Shown: one piece after another, positions 36,367-43,481 of the stretch
How the letters are laid out: each line of letters starts with the position of its first letter
Position numbering within the stretch: position 1 is the first letter of the stretch
IMG/VR virus record: IMGVR_UViG_3300025649_000002
Coordinates: 64,001 to 112,782 of that record
DNA length: 48,782 bases
Reading direction: 5' to 3' (one strand)
Source: a virus
Lineage: Duplodnaviria; Heunggongvirae; Uroviricota; Caudoviricetes
Translations under genes and position numbers: made by a program
Notes under the pieces: model-generated
What the model was told of the DNA's origin: nothing
What the model saw: only the letters and a program-made list of their open reading frames with translations
The model's database searches: none

Positions 36367-36638
36367 AACAACTGTTCCTCCAATGAAATTTCTCGAATTT
36401 TCTGAACATATTTTATAAGATAAAAACCACTTGTTAATTCAACAACTCTTTCAGCTCTATATCTCATACCTACTATTTTATCTATGATTGGTTCATCTAG
36501 AAAATTGATATGAACCATGCAAACTTTACCTTCCAAACATCTCGCAATATTTTCTGATTTATTATAAGATTTAAGATGTAATTCTTTCATTTTTAAATGT
36601 ACATCTTTAGACCATCTTATATCTGTTTTATTTGACAT
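36348..36638 (-). CDS. Small protein with EEQLLWKLKR tail
   Basis: 96 aa. Confidence 0.55.
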   Translation of the reverse strand: MSNKTDIRWSKDVHLKMKELHLKSYNKSENIARCLEGKVCMVHINFLDEPIIDKIVGMRYRAERVVELTSGFYLIKYVQKIREISLEEQLLWKLKR

Positions 36639-37627
36639 AATTCAATGCCCATTTTTAAATACTCTGCCATTTCAGTAGCAGGTATTTCTTTTATTTCTGC
36701 ATACTTACGAAGTTTATCAGCAGTTGACATTGTAATTTCGACTCCACGATTTGTAATATCAATTTCTTTTTCAGATATGACAAATACATCATCTTCATCA
36801 ATCACTTCCTCTGTTTTATTTCTGACTCGTACATGATTACCATCGGCTCTTTGTTGTTTCGCCTCTGCCAAAATATCCTTTGCATTTTCTTTATTACTAT
36901 TATCAATTATCAATTCAATATATTTTCTATAACCATCAGTTAAAATCGATTCAACTTTAAGAGTTTTTGAATCATATACAAGAAATCGTTTCTTCTGATG
37001 TTTTTCATTCCAATCTTTTTGATACGGTGATCCTGTATAATATACCATAGTTCCTTTTCCATCAATATCTTGTGGTAAATGATAATGACCCAAAAGAACC
37101 ATTTTCCATTTTTTCAAATCGCTCATTTTAATATTAGAAGTCAATGACATTCCTGGAACAATTTGTGCTTCATTCAATCCAAAATGACTTATGAGAATAT
37201 CACCACCTTCTGCTTCCTCAATATCTTGTGCAATATTTTTGGTATACGGAATATATGTAATATTATCAAATATATATGGATTTACAATACATGCAACATT
37301 TGGAACACTTTCGAATCCTGATATAATTGATATCTGATCATCGGCAGTTGTATCCAAATCATGATTACCACTCATCAAAACAAAATCCAATTCTTTCCAT
37401 TTATGAAAATATGCAGTCAACATTACAAATGGTCTTGTATGAAGAAGGGATTTATCATTGAATAAATCTCCCGCAATTTCAATAACTTTGATCCCATTTG
37501 CTTTTGCATACATCGCCATTTGTTCCAATACATGAAACGCACTATGTAAACGTTCTGGTATACCTTCAATCAATCTATCATTCGAATACAATGATAGATG
37601 AATGTCTGCTGTAAATAATTTTCTCAT
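36617..37627 (-). CDS. sbcD: SbcD/Mre11/gp47-like metallophosphoesterase nuclease
   Basis: ADIH, AGDLF, GNHD, SHFG, GHYH, GSP. Confidence 0.92.
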   Translation of the reverse strand: MRKLFTADIHLSLYSNDRLIEGIPERLHSAFHVLEQMAMYAKANGIKVIEIAGDLFNDKSLLHTRPFVMLTAYFHKWKELDFVLMSGNHDLDTTADDQISIISGFESVPNVACIVNPYIFDNITYIPYTKNIAQDIEEAEGGDILISHFGLNEAQIVPGMSLTSNIKMSDLKKWKMVLLGHYHLPQDIDGKGTMVYYTGSPYQKDWNEKHQKKRFLVYDSKTLKVESILTDGYRKYIELIIDNSNKENAKDILAEAKQQRADGNHVRVRNKTEEVIDEDDVFVISEKEIDITNRGVEITMSTADKLRKYAEIKEIPATEMAEYLKMGIELCQIKQI

Positions 37628-37635
37628 TAGTCTCC

Positions 37636-37998
37636 TTAATCTTCTTTAATTGGAATTGTTGCCAAAGGATCTACATCATCATTGGTATATTGTTTTGTCA
37701 ATATATCAACTATTTCCTTATTAGGTTTTTTAACATCATTATTTAATTTTTTATTTTCCTCCATAAAACGTTCCTTGACTTTATCAACACCATCATCTTT
37801 TCGCTTCAAGAGAATAGGACAAGACTCAATCAATTTCTTCTTCATCATTTCTTTGATTTTATATTTATTTGAGTTTGCTTCATTCCAATCCATTTCTCCA
37901 TCAAACTCTTTTAATACATCAAATACTTCTGATGGTTTCAGAACCATATCATCTTTTTTCAAACACAATATGAATTTTCCAGATTTATCTTTTGACAT
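37636..37998 (-). CDS. Hypothetical protein
   Basis: GGAGG RBS; 120 aa. Confidence 0.55.
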   Translation of the reverse strand: MSKDKSGKFILCLKKDDMVLKPSEVFDVLKEFDGEMDWNEANSNKYKIKEMMKKKLIESCPILLKRKDDGVDKVKERFMEENKKLNNDVKKPNKEIVDILTKQYTNDDVDPLATIPIKED

Positions 37999-38000
37999 TC

Positions 38001-38705
38001 TTAAGCCTCCGCATTGATAATTAATGATTCTTTATATCGTTCATAGAATATGAAAACTTTTTTCACATAATCTTTTGTTTCTTGTGCTTTTCCATCCATG
38101 TAATAATATGCATTCTTAGGACCACCATTATATGCGGCAACCATAATTTTAATATCATCATATTCAGATGAAAGAATATCTAAATATAATACTGCTAAAC
38201 GTGTATTCTTTTTGAAATCTAAAAGTATTTTTGGATTATATTCCCAATCAACCAACCGACATAACATCCTTCCTGTCGGTGGCCATATTTGATTTAATCC
38301 CAATGCACCCTGTTCACTTTCTGCATCATAGATGAAATTACTTTCAACCTTTTGAATTGCAGTCAATAATATAGGAGATATTGTTTCATATTTATCACAT
38401 TCATTCACAGTTGTTTCTGCAATTGAATATGCTTCTTTATTAGTCAGTCTGGAATTCTCTTTCAAAATAATATCACGAAGTCCTAAAATCATTCTCTTTC
38501 GTTTTATTTCGAATGTAATTCCTGCATCTAACTCTTGTACCTTTAATCTCAATTCTTCCATTGTTTTATCTTGATTTTTACCCATCGTTTTAAATGCTTC
38601 AATCATAGTCTGATTGAATGAGTAAGTTATTACACCAACCACAACAATCATTGCCAATGCTTGAAATGCAATAAATGAATTTAAAAATAATTTCCCTTTA
38701 TCCAT
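38001..38705 (-). CDS. Membrane-anchored soluble-lytic-transglycosylase (SLT) domain protein
   Basis: N-terminal TM plus coiled coil; AIQKVESNF (catalytic Glu), GALGLNQI, AAYNGG. Confidence 0.85.
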   Translation of the reverse strand: MDKGKLFLNSFIAFQALAMIVVVGVITYSFNQTMIEAFKTMGKNQDKTMEELRLKVQELDAGITFEIKRKRMILGLRDIILKENSRLTNKEAYSIAETTVNECDKYETISPILLTAIQKVESNFIYDAESEQGALGLNQIWPPTGRMLCRLVDWEYNPKILLDFKKNTRLAVLYLDILSSEYDDIKIMVAAYNGGPKNAYYYMDGKAQETKDYVKKVFIFYERYKESLIINAEA

Positions 38706-38706
38706 T

Positions 38707-38970
38707 TTACCTCCAGTTATGTTTAATTTTCCAAATGATTTGATCTTCTTCAGGAAGGACCGTTATAGTTCTACCCGAACCTTCAAACACATTTTCAACT
38801 AATCCCCATGTTTTCTTTTTATCATGAGTAGTCAAATCTAATACTTGTGTACCGTTGTCTTTTGTTCTTACTTCAACGCCACAACCTTCAAATGATTTCC
38901 AGTAATCTTTATATTCAACACTAATTACTTTGCCAATATAATTTTCAAGATTTTTAAAATCGATGCTCAT
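38707..38970 (-). CDS. Small protein with EEDQIIWKIKH tail
   Basis: GGAGG RBS; 87 aa. Confidence 0.6.
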   Translation of the reverse strand: MSIDFKNLENYIGKVISVEYKDYWKSFEGCGVEVRTKDNGTQVLDLTTHDKKKTWGLVENVFEGSGRTITVLPEEDQIIWKIKHNWR

Positions 38971-38980
38971 AAATCCTCCC

Positions 38981-39343
38981 TTATCTTAACCATTCATGAA
39001 AGCTCCATATGAAACTCTTACTGGAGCCCCCTTCTCTTAACATGTAATCATAAACACGACCCAACAGAGTCCCTTCTTCGTCACCAAATGGAATGTATTT
39101 TGTTTCGCCTGGTTTGAATTGATTGTCATCACGTTCTTCAGCATTTTCAATCATGACTTCAATTCCAGGTCTGGGATTTTCATTAATTTCTTCATAAACA
39201 TTTTTAAATTCTTCATCAAATTCTTCCAATAGATTTGCATTTTCTTTTACAAAATCCATTAATGTTTTTTCTTCTGATGATATATTTGTCATGATGAATG
39301 ATGTACTTGAACTATTTGAAACAAATGATGCTCTAATTTTCAT
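38981..39343 (-). CDS. SNSSS-motif family protein (copy 6)
   Basis: MKIRASFVSNSSSTSFIM. Confidence 0.75.
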   Translation of the reverse strand: MKIRASFVSNSSSTSFIMTNISSEEKTLMDFVKENANLLEEFDEEFKNVYEEINENPRPGIEVMIENAEERDDNQFKPGETKYIPFGDEEGTLLGRVYDYMLREGGSSKSFIWSFHEWLR

Positions 39344-39346
39344 TGA

Positions 39347-39559
39347 CTACCTCCCATTCTGACATGCCTCTAAAGCATTTTCCAAATCCATAATTTTTTT
39401 ATCTTTTTCTAAATCAACTGCTAGTTCAAATGAAGTTTTTTTATTCTTATCATTCGTACCAAAAAGTGTATGTAATACAACTGGAATACTCATCAATCCT
39501 ACAATAATAAAAATTAACAATAATCGAAATATTGAAGAACTTTTCTTTTTAATTCCCAT
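39347..39559 (-). CDS. Single-TM paralog of the pilin-like protein
   Basis: GGAGG plus ATG (MGIKKK...); C-terminus SFELAVDLEKDKKIMDLENALEACQNG aligns with the neighbour. Confidence 0.6.
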   Translation of the reverse strand: MGIKKKSSSIFRLLLIFIIVGLMSIPVVLHTLFGTNDKNKKTSFELAVDLEKDKKIMDLENALEACQNGR

Positions 39560-39749
39560 CTCGACATTCCTCCAATTCATCTTCAAGTTCCGTAATTCTC
39601 AATTGTTCTTCTGTCTGAACCGCCTGTTCAAATGAACTTCCACTATTCCTCTTTACACCGAAAAGTGGAGGCACTATAATTGTAGCAATGATTCCTACAA
39701 TAGCAACAACTATCATCAATTCAATTAATGTAAAACCTTTTCTTTTCAT
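39549..39749 (-). CDS. Type IV prepilin-like small protein (class III signal peptide)
   Basis: MKRKG|FTLIELMIVVAIVGIIATI: G-1/F+1/E+5 cleavage-methylation motif; AGGAG RBS. Confidence 0.85.
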   Translation of the reverse strand: MKRKGFTLIELMIVVAIVGIIATIIVPPLFGVKRNSGSSFEQAVQTEEQLRITELEDELEECRDGN

Positions 39750-39772
39750 TTATGATCTCCTAATTATTTAAT

Positions 39773-40759
39773 TTATCTTTTTAAAACGATTGGCATCCAT
39801 ATATCACCATCCTCTGCACAATACACTCTGAGGTTCTCTAACATTTTATCATTGACCCATTTATGCAAACTTTTTGCATTCATCCATCGTTTGATTCCAT
39901 TCGGCCACAATGCAGGTAGATATTGTGCATAATCTCTCCAATGGTGATATAATGCTCTCGCATCATAATTTTTTGAAATTATACACTCACTCTCAGGCAA
40001 CCATATATCCCGGTGTTCAGGAACAATCTCGTGTAAATGTTTGAAAACATTTAACACTTTATCAATATTTTTAGTAAGTTCATAACTACCCAATACATGA
40101 GTTTTAAAATCATCCCACCATTTTTCAAAATCTTCTTTAAATACTGTAATAAATTTTTTGATTACATTATCAGGACTATATGTTTGCCATACAAATTTAT
40201 CTGGGAGCCAAACATTAAAAAAATCTTCATCAACAACTTCAATCGATTGAAGGACCATATGTTCTATGCTATGCTCAAATCCATGAGTAGAAAATAATAT
40301 AAATTCATATTCATTTTGAATTTTATTATTCTTATCTACATAATCATTAATTCGACCATTATGAATAGTTCTCATATAATAAGTTTTGTCTTTATATGAG
40401 TTATTCCATGTGTCATATATCTTCAATGTAAATACACCACCGTTTATAAATTGAGATGATATTGTATTTGCAGAGGCCATGTCAAGAGATTTTAAATTAC
40501 CAAATGTCAATTCATCTAACGCCTTCTTATAAATTTGCTCACATATCTTATCAATATTTAAAAATTGACCTATATCGCCATTGTATGTAAAATCACCAAT
40601 TGCTTCTTTTGAGGTCTTTTCCAATTTTTTTTCTATTCGTGGAATAATTTTTTCCTTAATGGATGTTTCCATTGTATCAAATATTCCATTCATATTTACA
40701 AAATGTGTTTTCTTAGGTTCTAAATCAACAGTATCTCCTAATAATAATTCTCCTGCCAT
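39773..40759 (-). CDS. Hypothetical protein with Trp-repeat C-terminal half
   Basis: FFNVWLPDKF, EDFEKWWDDF, EHRDIWLP, EDGDIWMP resemble the repeats in 18179..19246. Confidence 0.6.
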   Translation of the reverse strand: MAGELLLGDTVDLEPKKTHFVNMNGIFDTMETSIKEKIIPRIEKKLEKTSKEAIGDFTYNGDIGQFLNIDKICEQIYKKALDELTFGNLKSLDMASANTISSQFINGGVFTLKIYDTWNNSYKDKTYYMRTIHNGRINDYVDKNNKIQNEYEFILFSTHGFEHSIEHMVLQSIEVVDEDFFNVWLPDKFVWQTYSPDNVIKKFITVFKEDFEKWWDDFKTHVLGSYELTKNIDKVLNVFKHLHEIVPEHRDIWLPESECIISKNYDARALYHHWRDYAQYLPALWPNGIKRWMNAKSLHKWVNDKMLENLRVYCAEDGDIWMPIVLKR

Positions 40760-40770
40760 TTCAGTCTCCC

Positions 40771-41841
40771 TTATACAAGTTTAAATACAGGACATTTTCT
40801 ACATCCAGGAGCGATATCATCATGTTTCTGAGATGTTAAAGATTCCCTGAATTTCATAGTTTCTTCGCCGTACCATACATCTTTTATGAAATCATCGCAC
40901 GCAACAACATCAACACCATCCCATCCATCTTCACCTTCTGTAAATGAACAATGGACATATCGACCATCAACATTTATATATGATGAAAATAATGATGACT
41001 CACATGGTTCTGCCATTTCAACAAATTTATTAAAATCTTTATGATCTTTAACACATGACAAAAACGTTGGAGCGAAACATGAATCAAAACCTATTCGAGC
41101 AGATTTTGAAAATGCATAATCGATTAATTTTTTATAATCATCCATGTTTCCAACAGAGGTCATTTTATTTCTATCGCCTTTAGGTTTCATCATTAAAAAT
41201 ACAACTGCATATAATTTTGAAAGTCTATCATCGGTAGTCAATTCATCGATTAATTTAAAGCAACTGTCATATGTTTCACGACATAATAACTGATGAATAT
41301 TGACTTGTTTCAATCCCAGTTTTGTCAATTCGTCTACTGCATCATAACATACATCATACTGTGCGTAACGAGACACCGCCACAGCACCACAATAATGTAC
41401 CAATGCATGATATTCCTCTGGTGTCATCCGATCGCCATTAATGGTGACATTTGGAATGACTCCATTCTCACGAGAATATTTAAACATTCTCCACATATCA
41501 GGATTTGCATCAATATCACCAATTCCAAATGCAATCTGTGTAAGATTCTTTGGCATCTTATCGAATATGATTTTAAAGGTTTCAAATGACATAACCTTTC
41601 CTGTTCCCGTATTCGATTTATAACAATGACTACATGGAACATTTTTAATTCCATGACAGATAGTTGAAATTTCAAGATCTAAAATCTCAGGACCTATCGG
41701 ACTGAATTTGGGATCATCCTTGGTTGTTTTTCCCCATCGACAAAATGATCCGTTAACCGTATTAAAAACCCAATTATAATTTTCAGATTTATGAGCGCGC
41801 ATTGTCTTCATTAATAACAGTTCCTCTCTGTATATGTTCAA
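40771..41841 (-). CDS. Radical SAM protein with C-terminal SPASM/twitch-like Cys cluster
   Basis: CHGIKNVPCSHCY (CX7CX2C), partial barrel motifs, PCES...YINVDG...CSF...CRKCP. Confidence 0.85.
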   Translation of the reverse strand: MNIYREELLLMKTMRAHKSENYNWVFNTVNGSFCRWGKTTKDDPKFSPIGPEILDLEISTICHGIKNVPCSHCYKSNTGTGKVMSFETFKIIFDKMPKNLTQIAFGIGDIDANPDMWRMFKYSRENGVIPNVTINGDRMTPEEYHALVHYCGAVAVSRYAQYDVCYDAVDELTKLGLKQVNIHQLLCRETYDSCFKLIDELTTDDRLSKLYAVVFLMMKPKGDRNKMTSVGNMDDYKKLIDYAFSKSARIGFDSCFAPTFLSCVKDHKDFNKFVEMAEPCESSLFSSYINVDGRYVHCSFTEGEDGWDGVDVVACDDFIKDVWYGEETMKFRESLTSQKHDDIAPGCRKCPVFKLV

Positions 41842-42619
41842 TATTAATATTTTTGATTCGTGTTTTTACATCATTAAATACATCACAACAATTTTTAATA
41901 TAATAATTTATTTTAATCAGATCGGACATTGTCATATCTTGCCTATCAAGTACAGTCAAACCATCTTTCGTGAAATGAAGACCAAAATACTTATTACCCG
42001 AAATGAATTCACAATCGAGTTTGGCCTCGGTTTTAATTGTTACAGGAACTCCATTAATCACATCTACATGTACAACTTTTACATTGTATTTAATTTCTTT
42101 AAAAGGCCAGTAGTTATCAATATGCTCAACAATAAGACTTGGTAAATGTATAACAATTTGATATCCTTGTGGAATACTAAATCCAAATATCTTTTCAAAT
42201 TGGTTGCAACTCATCATATCTTCTTCTTCACAGTAAAATTCATCATCAGATTCATCTGGATCAGAAATTGATAATTTATATCTAGAGAATCCATAATTAT
42301 CACCACTATTCGCAATATAAATACATCGGCCATGCTTCGCTTTCATTTTCGGAAAAGATGCAATTTTTTTAGTTCCCATTTTAAGAGAATCTTTTATAGC
42401 ACCATCTACAACTTTGTATTTCATTTCCGATAGATTTACAAACTTCAAATCCATATCATTCATACGAATACCAAGAAGTTCTAATGCTCTATCACAAAAT
42501 GATTCATTCTCTGATTTTTTTAAAACTTTGAACCTAAACCTTTTTATATCCATTTTCAATTTTTCATTGGATAAGAAAACTACATCATCTACATATCCTA
42601 TATAAAAACCTATTTTCAT
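41789..42619 (-). CDS. Hypothetical protein
   Basis: 276 aa; AAGGAG RBS. Confidence 0.65.
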   Translation of the reverse strand: MKIGFYIGYVDDVVFLSNEKLKMDIKRFRFKVLKKSENESFCDRALELLGIRMNDMDLKFVNLSEMKYKVVDGAIKDSLKMGTKKIASFPKMKAKHGRCIYIANSGDNYGFSRYKLSISDPDESDDEFYCEEEDMMSCNQFEKIFGFSIPQGYQIVIHLPSLIVEHIDNYWPFKEIKYNVKVVHVDVINGVPVTIKTEAKLDCEFISGNKYFGLHFTKDGLTVLDRQDMTMSDLIKINYYIKNCCDVFNDVKTRIKNINIEHIQRGTVINEDNARS

Positions 42620-42630
42620 TTTTATCTCCT

Positions 42631-43050
42631 TTAGAAATTATATTCTAATTTTTTTATCATCTGTTCAAACTCATCGTAAATCTCCTTAATCAAAATAGTT
42701 ATCCCCCTACTTCCATCATCAACATATACTCCCTCCATTGGATAAAGAGGATATACACGAATCCTTGATAATCGTTCCTCTAAAAATCCTTTGGCAACCA
42801 CAATGGTCAGATTTGCACAATAGAATGTTTTGGGTAATCCCTTTCTCACATATTTGGATTGTAATATAACTCTTGATATTTTATACTCTTTTACAATCCC
42901 TATATATTCAGGTTCCTTATAATAACCTTTTTCCACGAATCGAATGACCTTTCCAATCAATTCATCAAGATTATATTCTCCAATAGTTGTAGGAAGTTTT
43001 TTTGGTCTTAACCATTTTGATCTTTTTCTTCTTTGGTCTCGTCTACCCAT
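42631..43050 (-). CDS. Hypothetical protein
   Basis: 139 aa with a basic N-terminus. Confidence 0.55.
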   Translation of the reverse strand: MGRRDQRRKRSKWLRPKKLPTTIGEYNLDELIGKVIRFVEKGYYKEPEYIGIVKEYKISRVILQSKYVRKGLPKTFYCANLTIVVAKGFLEERLSRIRVYPLYPMEGVYVDDGSRGITILIKEIYDEFEQMIKKLEYNF

Positions 43051-43481
43051 TTATCAGTCCTCGTGCTAGATTTTGGGTCATCAGGGTAACCGTTTCTTTT
43101 TTTACATTCTTCGCACAATGTTTTCCACCAACCTCCTAAATTTAATGTTCCGGGTTTTCCACATACCTCACATGTACTTGCTGATCTTTCACAAGCCACT
43201 TGAACCAAAGAACTTATTGTAGAATAATCACCTTGATTAGGAGTATCAAAATATACTGTCAATGTTCCAAATTTTTCTTTAATCTGAGTAAATCTAATAT
43301 CTTTACTCACAAGTGTTATTTGTCCACACAAATCATTAAGAATATCAAACCAACCATCACCATGAGCACAACCCCAACACATACAGGTTTGTGTTTCTGG
43401 AAGATTTTTTTCAATAAACAAATTTGGATATTTATCATGTAATTTTTTCTCAAGTTCCTTTTTCATAATCTCCTCCTTCAA
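43008..43481 (-). CDS. Conserved-looking phage hypothetical protein with C-terminal zinc ribbon
   Basis: GDGWF, QIKEKFG.L..Y, CEVCG...TLCEEC. Confidence 0.65.
   Translation of the reverse strand: MKEEIMKKELEKKLHDKYPNLFIEKNLPETQTCMCWGCAHGDGWFDILNDLCGQITLVSKDIRFTQIKEKFGTLTVYFDTPNQGDYSTISSLVQVACERSASTCEVCGKPGTLNLGGWWKTLCEECKKRNGYPDDPKSSTRTDKWVDETKEEKDQNG

Noticed and set aside
40771-41841. Calling the radical SAM gene queE
   Set aside because: At 356 aa with a C-terminal SPASM-like Cys cluster and no recognisable QueE N-terminal motif, it does not fit, despite the pathway gap.
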